The notes: a model not told the origin generated them from the sequence alone. A DNA stretch of 64,000 nt from Desulfurococcales archaeon (GCA_027066265.1 JAMOOB010000490.1:3111-67110); one strand, 5' to 3'. Shown: positions 54,093-61,944, numbered from the stretch's first letter. A program made the numbers and translations.

Positions 54093-55442
54093 CTACGATG
54101 TGACCATCCTGATGGCTCCTCGTATAAGCTCCTCGACTGTGTTCACCTTTACGTGCCTGAAGTGCTTTAGCCATCCTGGTCTCCACGACGGTGGCAGGAT
54201 TATGAATCCGACCCTGTACCTGCTCGCAACCTCCTTGGCGAGGTCCTCCGGAACCTCGTCGATCCCGTCGGAGATCACGATGTATACCCTGTCGCGTCTG
54301 CCGATCCGCTTGATCGTCTTCAGCACCTCCTCGATGCTCGTACCTCCATCGGCGCAGATGGTGAGGAGCGTTCTCACAACGTCTCTGGGGCTAACCTTCT
54401 CGACCTCCGTGTCGAAGAGGTAGACCTCGCCGCCGAGCTTCCTGTACAGCGCTAGAGCTAGCCCCGCTGCGCCGGCGATCTTCTCGACGAGCTGCCCGGT
54501 CTCCGAAGGCATCGTCTCCGCCATGCTGCCGCTCTTATCCACGAATATCACCGGTCTGAAAGCGGCTGCGCGCTGGTAGACAACGGCTGTTCTGCTGAGG
54601 AGCCTAAGCGCGAAGAGCTCGAACGGCAGCACGTGCTCCGTCGTCGTCAGGTCCACGATCTGCCTAGGATCGCGCATTATTCCGACACCCGTTATGCCAC
54701 CGAACACGGCTGTCACATTCATGTGTTCGAGGGATGTCGGTACGGATGATAGCGCTAGCCTGAACATCCTCAGAGCGTTCTTCAGGATCCTGACGCGGTT
54801 GCGGAACTCATGGGGACGCTCGAGAAATGTCCACACCGATAGCGCATCATGGCTGTAGCCAGAGCAGCCACCCAGCATAGCCGCCGCCTCCTCTGCCTCC
54901 GCCTTCCCCTGCTGGTACTCCTGAACAGCCTGTAGCGCCGCCTGTGCAGCCGCTAGGGCTGCCCTCGTAGCCCTGTCGATGAGCTCCTGAAGCGCTTGGT
55001 TCAAGGCTTGACCTGTCAGCGTCTGTTGCTGTAGCTGCTTGATCTTCTGCTGAGCAACCTGCGTATCCAGCTCGGACAGCAGGTTCTTGAGGAACTGGTA
55101 CGCAGCGATAACAGCGAGATCCACAGAGCCAGCAGTAACCCTGTTCAGCCTGTAGAACTCGTCGGAAGAAAGGTAGTTCTGCATAATCTTGTGCCACACG
55201 ATACTCGCAGACTTCTTGACGTTTCTCATCACCGTCTCATAGGATTTGTAGTGAGACATAAACGCATCGAAAACCATGTAGAACCTCGGTCTGACCCTAG
55301 ACCTCCACAGCAGCCTAAACACATCGTTAGTGAACTGCGCATAGTACTCAACAGGCAGCCCCTCCAGGATACCCATCTTGAACACCGATTTCGCCAAGCC
55401 AGAACGGTAAAACGCTTCTTCTTGAGCCTTGTCAAGACTCAT
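54093..55442 (-). CDS. von Willebrand factor A (VWA/MIDAS) domain protein
   Basis: VIFVDKSGSM (DxSxS MIDAS) in the C-terminal half. Start trimmed to ATG 55442 after CCACAGCTGTGGGGTTGGAA. Confidence 0.8.
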   Translation of the reverse strand: MSLDKAQEEAFYRSGLAKSVFKMGILEGLPVEYYAQFTNDVFRLLWRSRVRPRFYMVFDAFMSHYKSYETVMRNVKKSASIVWHKIMQNYLSSDEFYRLNRVTAGSVDLAVIAAYQFLKNLLSELDTQVAQQKIKQLQQQTLTGQALNQALQELIDRATRAALAAAQAALQAVQEYQQGKAEAEEAAAMLGGCSGYSHDALSVWTFLERPHEFRNRVRILKNALRMFRLALSSVPTSLEHMNVTAVFGGITGVGIMRDPRQIVDLTTTEHVLPFELFALRLLSRTAVVYQRAAAFRPVIFVDKSGSMAETMPSETGQLVEKIAGAAGLALALYRKLGGEVYLFDTEVEKVSPRDVVRTLLTICADGGTSIEEVLKTIKRIGRRDRVYIVISDGIDEVPEDLAKEVASRYRVGFIILPPSWRPGWLKHFRHVKVNTVEELIRGAIRMVTS

Positions 55443-55450
55443 TTCCAACC

Positions 55451-55462
55451 CCACAGCTGTGG
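55451..55462. promoter_or_regulatory. CCACAGCTGTGG palindrome (perfect)
   Basis: Lies 8 nt upstream of the VWA gene ATG 55442. Confidence 0.7.
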
Positions 55463-55520
55463 ATATGGACAACAAGCGTAGTCATCCCCCAAACAAATGT
55501 CTATTGTTTGATGTGGTTTG

Positions 55521-55680
55521 GGTGCACCTAAACCTTTGCAGAGGGACGCAAGAATTGAGAGAGGTGCACCGAGATAGCGTCAAGACCTGGGTTTACATAG
55601 CCGATACAAAACATTGTGGAAGCGTTCAATGTTGCAGCCCCTGTATATACCGCTCCATCGCCGTAGCCGTCTGATGGTTT
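55521..55680 (-). repeat. GGTGCACC-box element plus duplicated promoter/leader, copy B
   Basis: GGTGCACC at 55521 and 55563, with the identical 35-mer at 55634-55668. Lies between the moxR-like and VWA genes. Confidence 0.7.
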
Positions 55681-55699
55681 GCTCAGCTATGTAAAAAGG

Positions 55700-56863
55700 C
55701 TAGGTGTTTCCGGCTAGCTTCTTCAGCATCTCCTTCGTCTCAGCAACCTTGTTGAGGTACTCCCTAGCCTGCGCAATGATAGCCTCTGCTCTTGGTTTGA
55801 GCCACGGCTTGTTGGCGATCTTGTTGAGGTCGAAGTCGACAATTTCCTGAAGGATCTTCTCGGCTTCGTCAAGTCTACAGCTTCTTATCAGCTCCTTGGC
55901 TCTGCTGAGCTTCTCGGCAAGCTCGCCGACCTCTCCGAGACCCTCCATAATGATCTTCTTGATCTGCTCATGCTCACTCCTATCGCGTGCTAGATACGGC
56001 AGTATCTTTATCGCTCCCTCCATAACGTTCTCTAAGCGCACACCGAACAGCGCCAGATAGGCGGCGAGGAGCTTCGGGAGCTTCTCGATGATGGTTCTAT
56101 CGCTAACGATAATGCCTTTGGCTCTGAGCTCCTTGACGAAGTTGATCACGTTGACATGGTACAGCTTGATGAAGTCCATATCCCTTATCCTGCTCCTTAT
56201 CAATGTGATGGTATAGCCATGAAGCGTCCTAACGTCGTCCATAGACGCAACGGGCTTGATCTCGTGCCCGTTGAGCCATCTAGCCTCCAGCGCTTTCAGT
56301 ATCAGCACATCATCGTTTAGGTAGTCAAAGAATATTCTGATACTGAATCGGTCGTAGAGAGCCTGCAGCTCCTCGTCCTGTGGCACCTCGTTACTAGCAC
56401 CAAATAAGCTCCACAGCTTGGCAGGAACCTCAGCACCGGACATCGGGTCGTAGAGTATCCTCTCCTGCATTAGAGCCAGCAAAGCGTTTAGAATAGCGCT
56501 GTTAGCCTTGAACACCTCGTCGAGGAACACTATCTCAGCATCCTTGATCTTCGTCCATTTCCTCACAAGATCTCCTCGTTCTCTAAGCGCTGGAATGTCG
56601 AACGGACCAAGAATCTCGATATCGCTGGTAAACTTGGTTAGTAGATAGCTGTAGAAGCTGGCGTTCAGCAGCTTGGCAAGGGTCTTGATAGTCATCGTCT
56701 TGGCTGTGCCCGGCGGGCTGATCATGACGGCGTGTTCCTTGGCAATCAATGCTAGGACAAGCATCGTATTAACCTCGTCGTGACCGATGACAACCGAGTT
56801 CAGAACGTTTAGAACCTGCTTAACGTTATGACGAGCGTTTTTCACTTCTTGAGGAACGGACAT
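55700..56863 (-). CDS. MoxR/RavA-type AAA+ ATPase
   Basis: VIGHDEVNTMLVLALIAKEHAVMISPPGTAKT (Walker A) and VFLDEVFKANSAILNALLALMQER (Walker B, RavA-like). Start trimmed to ATG 56863. Confidence 0.85.
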   Translation of the reverse strand: MSVPQEVKNARHNVKQVLNVLNSVVIGHDEVNTMLVLALIAKEHAVMISPPGTAKTMTIKTLAKLLNASFYSYLLTKFTSDIEILGPFDIPALRERGDLVRKWTKIKDAEIVFLDEVFKANSAILNALLALMQERILYDPMSGAEVPAKLWSLFGASNEVPQDEELQALYDRFSIRIFFDYLNDDVLILKALEARWLNGHEIKPVASMDDVRTLHGYTITLIRSRIRDMDFIKLYHVNVINFVKELRAKGIIVSDRTIIEKLPKLLAAYLALFGVRLENVMEGAIKILPYLARDRSEHEQIKKIIMEGLGEVGELAEKLSRAKELIRSCRLDEAEKILQEIVDFDLNKIANKPWLKPRAEAIIAQAREYLNKVAETKEMLKKLAGNT

Positions 56864-56889
56864 TTCAACCCCCAAAACAAACAAGGTGT

Positions 56890-57342
56890 TTACCAGGGCT
56901 CGGTAACGATCTGTACAGCTTTGATCACTTCGAAGCCTTTGAACTCGTGTATCTTGATTGTTCCGTCTGCATAGGTTGTTGCTGTTCGTCTATCTGGAGC
57001 CTCCTCGATGATTCTCTTGGCTTCCTCCCACGTTCCTACCGTTGCTATAGCCTCCATCTTCGCGTAGAGCACTGTAAATCCATACCTCTTCGATAGCTCA
57101 ACAAGCCGCGCTATAAACGATAGCGGTAGCACAGGCACAATTATCTTCGCATTGTGCTTCTGAGCAATTTCAACAACAGTTTCAGCATTAGGAACAGTTC
57201 CATCTACCTGAATAATCCTGATGTTCCCTAGCTTCTCCTTGAGCCTCTGGATCTGTACCGGCAACGGCTTGTGACGGCTAACCCATAGAACTACAGTTAC
57301 CGGCTCGGGATCGTTATAGATTTCAACGACTCTGAACGACAT
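56890..57342 (-). CDS. hypothetical protein
   Basis: 150-aa version starting MSFRVVEIY after CCACAGCTGTGGGGATCTCC. Confidence 0.55.
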   Translation of the reverse strand: MSFRVVEIYNDPEPVTVVLWVSRHKPLPVQIQRLKEKLGNIRIIQVDGTVPNAETVVEIAQKHNAKIIVPVLPLSFIARLVELSKRYGFTVLYAKMEAIATVGTWEEAKRIIEEAPDRRTATTYADGTIKIHEFKGFEVIKAVQIVTEPW

Positions 57343-57350
57343 GGAGATCC

Positions 57351-57362
57351 CCACAGCTGTGG
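57351..57362. promoter_or_regulatory. CCACAGCTGTGG palindrome (perfect)
   Basis: TTTT-palindrome-GGATCTCC-ATG 57342. Confidence 0.7.
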
Positions 57363-57384
57363 AAAACCCCAAAGAAAACAGTGT

Positions 57385-58689
57385 TTATCGTTGGGAAACC
57401 GTCTTCTCTAGCTCTTCCACCATCTTCTTGACTGCTTCATAGAGCTTTCTGCGATACTCAAGGTCTTCGTTGAGTCTCTTGAGGTATGACATCTTCTTCT
57501 CCGCTTTAGCCTTCTCAATCCTTTCCCTCAGCTCCTTCAACTCACTCTCAAGCAGATACTTAGCCTCGTTCAAGATATCGAGTGCCACTTCCGGTTCCAC
57601 GTATATCGGTATAACCTTCACAACGTACTTGCTGAGAAGCTTCGGGTAGTCGGGGCGAACCTTCGCCAGCGCCGGCATCTCGGAGAGCTTCCGTCGTATC
57701 ATATCAGCAACCTCCTCAGCAATCTTCACCGCTTCGTCAGTTACCGCAATCCATAGACCAGCCTGTCTCTCAGAGCCAAGATGTATGAAGTATCTACGTG
57801 CCTTCTTCGTTGCTTCCGTCCTGATAGTTTCGAGAGCACTGGCCAGCGCCCTTCTTAGCTGGTCATCGAAGTCCCTGATCTCGATAAAGCCCTTATCGGT
57901 CTTCTCAATACGTACACTCTGCACCAAGTAGCGGGAGGGTCTCACCCATCGCAGGATATAGAGCTTGACCAGCTGTGTCTTCTGGGGAACCTCCTTCTCT
58001 GTGGTAGCAGTTGTGGTAACAGCCTTAGCCTCCTGAACCTCCTCTTCCTCACCTTCCTCTTCGCCAAGAATCCGCTGTGCTATCTTCATCTTCATCTCTT
58101 CGCTTAGCTCCTCCTTCTCCTCCTCTGTTTCCTCCTGTTCTTCCTCTTCCTCTCCACGGATCTTCTTTAGCCATTCCTCGATGTCTTTAGCAATCTCTTC
58201 GAGCTTCTGCTTGTTCAGAACGAATACAACCGTCCCTGTATACTTCAGCTTACTCCCTGGCTTCCACGCCGGTATCGCTATCAACTCTGGATGCTCCTTC
58301 TCGATCTTTCTCTGTAGGCTGAACGCTATCGCCCATGCCTTCTTCTTGTCCTTGTCGTTGAAGACACCCTCGTATGCCGTCATCATCTTTGCAAAGATCT
58401 CGACATTCTTCTCCTCATACACTGCTCTATCCTGATACATCAGCTTTATTTCGAAACGCATACACTGTCCATTGACAGCGATATCGCTGCACATATTAGC
58501 ATCAGCAAAGTAGTAGGTGATCTCGGTCTTCAGAATATTTCCTAGCTCACGTCTATAGCCAACAATAGCTCTATCACTATCGTCAATAGAGTAATGCTTC
58601 GTATTCTTGATGTATACATCTTTGATGATCGATACGAGAAGATCCTTGACAGAGGTATACCTAACAGAACCATTTCCATTAGATGACAT
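57385..58689 (-). CDS. hypothetical protein with central poly-acidic linker
   Basis: 434-aa version starting MSSNGNGSV after TTTGGGGGTTGCA. Contains an EEEEEQEETEEEKEE linker. Confidence 0.6.
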   Translation of the reverse strand: MSSNGNGSVRYTSVKDLLVSIIKDVYIKNTKHYSIDDSDRAIVGYRRELGNILKTEITYYFADANMCSDIAVNGQCMRFEIKLMYQDRAVYEEKNVEIFAKMMTAYEGVFNDKDKKKAWAIAFSLQRKIEKEHPELIAIPAWKPGSKLKYTGTVVFVLNKQKLEEIAKDIEEWLKKIRGEEEEEQEETEEEKEELSEEMKMKIAQRILGEEEGEEEEVQEAKAVTTTATTEKEVPQKTQLVKLYILRWVRPSRYLVQSVRIEKTDKGFIEIRDFDDQLRRALASALETIRTEATKKARRYFIHLGSERQAGLWIAVTDEAVKIAEEVADMIRRKLSEMPALAKVRPDYPKLLSKYVVKVIPIYVEPEVALDILNEAKYLLESELKELRERIEKAKAEKKMSYLKRLNEDLEYRRKLYEAVKKMVEELEKTVSQR

Positions 58690-58715
58690 TGCAACCCCCA
58701 AACAAACAGGGTAGA

Positions 58716-58835
58716 TCATTCATCGTCGAAGCAGATGTAGACAGTACCATCATCGGGGTCATAATCCCATGCACCACCGTATGGAGCCGAGAAGTTGGGT
58801 TCGGTATAGAGAGCCATACAGTTCTTCCTCTCCAT
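58716..58835 (-). CDS. 39-aa small ORF (below the ORF-track cutoff)
   Basis: My translation: MERKNCMALYTEPNFSAPYGGAWDYDPDDGTVYICFDDE. Preceded by the conserved TTTTTGGGGGATCGAA-ATG module. Confidence 0.35.
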   Translation of the reverse strand: MERKNCMALYTEPNFSAPYGGAWDYDPDDGTVYICFDDE

Positions 58836-58865
58836 TTCGATCCCCCAAAAACAAGGAGGGTTGTA

Positions 58866-59102
58866 TCAGCGTGGAGGTGTATAGGGTGTGACCACGAGTC
58901 GTAGGCTCGACCTAACAGCCTTCTCTATCTCTCTACGCACTTTTCTGGATCTATGTCTTGCTGTAATGGGTATATTATCGGGCATCAGCTTGCTAACAAT
59001 GGTTTTGATAACATATGTTCTGAGACGCCTCGGATCATATCCATCATCGACGAGTAGCGTACCAAACAACTCATTACCTAGATAAACCCTCACGAGTTTC
59101 AT
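58866..59102 (-). CDS. small hypothetical protein
   Basis: 78-aa ORF with TTTTTGGGGGATCGAA-ATG context. Confidence 0.5.
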   Translation of the reverse strand: MKLVRVYLGNELFGTLLVDDGYDPRRLRTYVIKTIVSKLMPDNIPITARHRSRKVRREIEKAVRSSLRLVVTPYTPPR

Positions 59103-59204
59103 TTCGATCCCCCAAAAAGAAAGAAAAAGAAGATGAGAATAGGGTGAGAATAGCCAGACAGGCAGACGACAGCACGAAGCAGACTGCTGAGTTCGCTAGA
59201 TTTT

Positions 59205-59465
59205 TCAGAGAAAGACAGGCAGACACCTAACACAGATATACATAGTATCATCGACATTTACACACGCGTTATCGCGCTCCTCAAGAAGCTTGAGGAGCTT
59301 CTCTAGCTCCCTCTCCTCAACGGAATTAATAGTTGCACGAATAGCATTCCCTAGCTGCTGTAGCGAAGCAACAGCAACAACCTCACAATCGCATGGACTT
59401 GATATACCTGTTAATCTATCGTAACAAACACTGCACCTCTCAATGATATACAGCTCCAACTTCAT
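59205..59465 (-). CDS. small Cys-rich protein
   Basis: 86-aa ORF with CSVC...CDC...CVRC. Confidence 0.5.
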   Translation of the reverse strand: MKLELYIIERCSVCYDRLTGISSPCDCEVVAVASLQQLGNAIRATINSVEERELEKLLKLLEERDNACVNVDDTMYICVRCLPVFL

Positions 59466-59517
59466 ATTTCAATACCCCAGCTGTGGTTATGGTAGAACCC
59501 CCAAAGAAAAACGGTGT

Positions 59518-60045
59518 TTAAGATCGATTAGGAGATAGGTTTGGATATAGATAGCCGCGGTAAACACACTCAGCCTCCTCATCCTCGTAGAATACACAAT
59601 GATTAACATTGATACTGAGAACACCAGCTTCTACAAGCATCCATAGATCGACAAACTTCTTCAGCATCAATATATCGTCATGTCTGAGTATCCTAGGTCT
59701 CTTCTGCAGCACGTCTCTAAGAATCTCTAGCACTTTTGCAAGTTCTCCCATGTTGTTTCTCCACAGCCAATTTATTAACCAACCTAGTCTTTCCTCCTTG
59801 GTTCTCTTAACACTTCCACTTCTCCTAACCTCTACTATGTAGCATTCATATTCATAGGTCTTCCTCACAGTTATTTCAATCCCTAGTAGCTTCAGCACCT
59901 TTCTTGCCTTTACGAATCTTTTCCCCTTTGGTATCTTTGGTATCCATAGCACCGTAGAATCATTTGGAGAGACAATATGCTGTATAATTCTTGCAGCAAA
60001 TGATACGGCATCGTAAAACGTATCATATATTTTCTTATCAATCAT
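59518..60045 (-). CDS. hypothetical protein
   Basis: 175-aa version starting MIDKKIYD after TTTGGGGATTGAA. Confidence 0.55.
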   Translation of the reverse strand: MIDKKIYDTFYDAVSFAARIIQHIVSPNDSTVLWIPKIPKGKRFVKARKVLKLLGIEITVRKTYEYECYIVEVRRSGSVKRTKEERLGWLINWLWRNNMGELAKVLEILRDVLQKRPRILRHDDILMLKKFVDLWMLVEAGVLSINVNHCVFYEDEEAECVYRGYLYPNLSPNRS

Positions 60046-60088
60046 TTCAATCCCCAAAGAAAACGAAGGTGTTGCAATGGATTTGGGG

Positions 60089-60421
60089 TTATCGACTAAG
60101 AAGTTTGTTGACAAATACCTCGAACTCATTGGGAGTCATCTCGGCAGTTATCTCCACTTCGCCACCAGAAGTGATGGATACAACGTAGATGTAGAGGTAG
60201 TGCGTAGCTCCACAGGTACCACATTTTACGTACTTGATAACCTCGTTGATATCTGCCCTAAACACCTCTACTCTTCTGCTGAGTCTATCTACAACTATGA
60301 CCTCATCAGTTTCACTAGCGTTAACTATGGCTACATAGTCGTCGTCCTTAATAGCGTTGACTACCCTAAAAACGATGTTTAGTGTATCGAGATCTAGCTC
60401 TGCAACACGAATCATTTCCAT
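60089..60421 (-). CDS. small hypothetical protein
   Basis: About 108-aa ORF containing KCGTCGATH. Palindrome variant CTACAGCTGTGG directly upstream. Confidence 0.5.
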   Translation of the reverse strand: MEMIRVAELDLDTLNIVFRVVNAIKDDDYVAIVNASETDEVIVVDRLSRRVEVFRADINEVIKYVKCGTCGATHYLYIYVVSITSGGEVEITAEMTPNEFEVFVNKLLSR

Positions 60422-60449
60422 TCCCCACAGCTGTAGAGAAGGGAGAACC

Positions 60450-60478
60450 CCGTAGCCCCGCCAGTGGCGGAGCTACGG
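60450..60478 (-). other. GC-rich interrupted 12-bp hairpin
   Basis: CCGTAGC-C-CCGCC-AGT-GGCGG-A-GCTACGG, between genes 60579..60797 and 60089..60421. Confidence 0.5.
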
Positions 60479-60578
60479 AGCGGGGTCTGCGACCCCCAAA
60501 GAAACGGTGTTTGTATGGGTTTAAAACAGTATTGTAATCGGGAAGAAGCAGATGTTTTTCGTAGCAATCACAAGGCGT

Positions 60579-60797
60579 TTATTTAAGCGAGACACCGAGG
60601 AGGGTATAGATAGCAGCTAGCACAGATGCTGGAATCTCATAGGCTATAACATTAGGATCATCCTCATGCCAGAAGCTGAACTGCAAATTCATGTCTACTA
60701 TAATAGCAAAGTCGTCGTAGATGATGGTTCTATTGTCCTCAATAATTTCCAGCCGAGCAGGCTGAGCGTATTCATAACATAACCTAAACCTGATCAT
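60579..60797 (-). CDS. small hypothetical protein
   Basis: 72-aa ORF. CCCCCAGTCTGGGGGATCGAA-ATG abuts the GC-rich island. Confidence 0.5.
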   Translation of the reverse strand: MIRFRLCYEYAQPARLEIIEDNRTIIYDDFAIIVDMNLQFSFWHEDDPNVIAYEIPASVLAAIYTLLGVSLK

Positions 60798-60814
60798 TTC
60801 GATCCCCCAGACTG

Positions 60815-61858
60815 GGGGTTGTGGGGAGCCGGGGGCCTACCCCTTCATCCCTCCCCGTGCTTCCCCCACCCCGCATCCCACCCTTCTTGGGGTGGGGTTA
60901 GCCGGGGTAACCGGGCCCCGCCACATCCCCCCTTCCCCGCCCCCGGGCTGTTCACCCGGGGTACGGGTACGGGGTCGGGGGGGCCCTGGAGGCCCCACCG
61001 CGGAGAACCGCGGCTTCGCCCCCTGGGGTGCGGGGCTACCCACGCCCGAGTTACCTCGGGCGTGGGCGGGCCTTGGTCGGGGGCAGACCCCCGACCCCCC
61101 TACTCCTCTTCGCGAAGCCCCCGTGGCCCACCCCGTGGGCCCGGGGGGACTGCTCCCGTTCCCCGCGGTCCTTCCCCCGAGAGGCTGGTGGGCCATTACC
61201 CCACCAACACCCCTCGGGGTGGACCACGGTTCACAACGGCGGCGGGGACCCCTTCGGGGCGGGCTCCCCTCGGGGATGAACCGGGGGTTCATCCCATCCC
61301 CGGGGGTCATCCCCAACAGGTCGCACCCCGGGGATTGGTCCCCCCGTCGCAGCCCCCCACGCCCCCACCCCCTACCGGGGCTAACCCGGTAGGAAGGTGG
61401 GGGCAGACCCACGGGCAGGCCACGGGGGCACGGCGCGGGGCGGGGAGGAGCCTATGCCCAACCCCCTGCCCACCCCTCATCCCAACCCTCCTCACCCCAC
61501 ATTGCTGCGTTTACCTCGCCTCACCCGCCCACCCAAGCCCCCACCTTAAAGCCCCCCGGGGGCTCCGCCCGATCGGGCGGAGGGGTGGGCGGGTTCATCG
61601 GCTCATCGGGTTCCTGCTAATGACAGCGGTGTTTGGGGGATCATCGTCCTCGGGCGGATCGGGATGAGCAGGGGGTTCTGGGCGGCTCCTCCCCGCCCCC
61701 ACTGCCTCGCTTGCATCGCTCCTTCGGGCGGGGTGCCGCATCCCCCGCCCGGCGTTGCCCCGGGTTGGGTTGCGCCCGGGGTCGCCGGGCGGGTCTCGGT
61801 TGGTCATCCGCGCCCCGCCTTGCGGCGGGGCGCTCCCGTCCCCCGCCCGGGGCTCTCC
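60815..61858 (-). ncRNA. candidate large GC-rich structured RNA (strand and RNA status inferred)
   Basis: About 80% G+C. Perfect hairpins at 61039-61066, 61076-61095, 61118-61147, 61273-61295, 61371-61393, 61563-61582 and 61810-61833. ORFs in all frames are P/G/R-rich. BRE/TATA upstream on the minus strand. Confidence 0.35.
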
Positions 61859-61883
61859 GTGTATACTATAGGGGGAGCAGGGG

Positions 61884-61897
61884 TTAATATACTTTTC
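61884..61897 (-). promoter_or_regulatory. BRE/TATA-like promoter GAAAAGTATATTAA
   Basis: The minus strand reads GAAAAG-TATATTAA about 25 nt upstream of the GC-rich island. A perfect palindrome (61933) lies about 40 nt further upstream. Confidence 0.4.
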
Positions 61898-61932
61898 TAT
61901 CTGTGGAGGGATTGAGAATCGGTGGCTTGTTC

Positions 61933-61944
61933 CCACAGCTGTGG
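61933..61944. promoter_or_regulatory. CCACAGCTGTGG palindrome (perfect)
   Basis: Lies between the GC-rich island with its promoter and the GGCTCGCA array. Confidence 0.7.
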
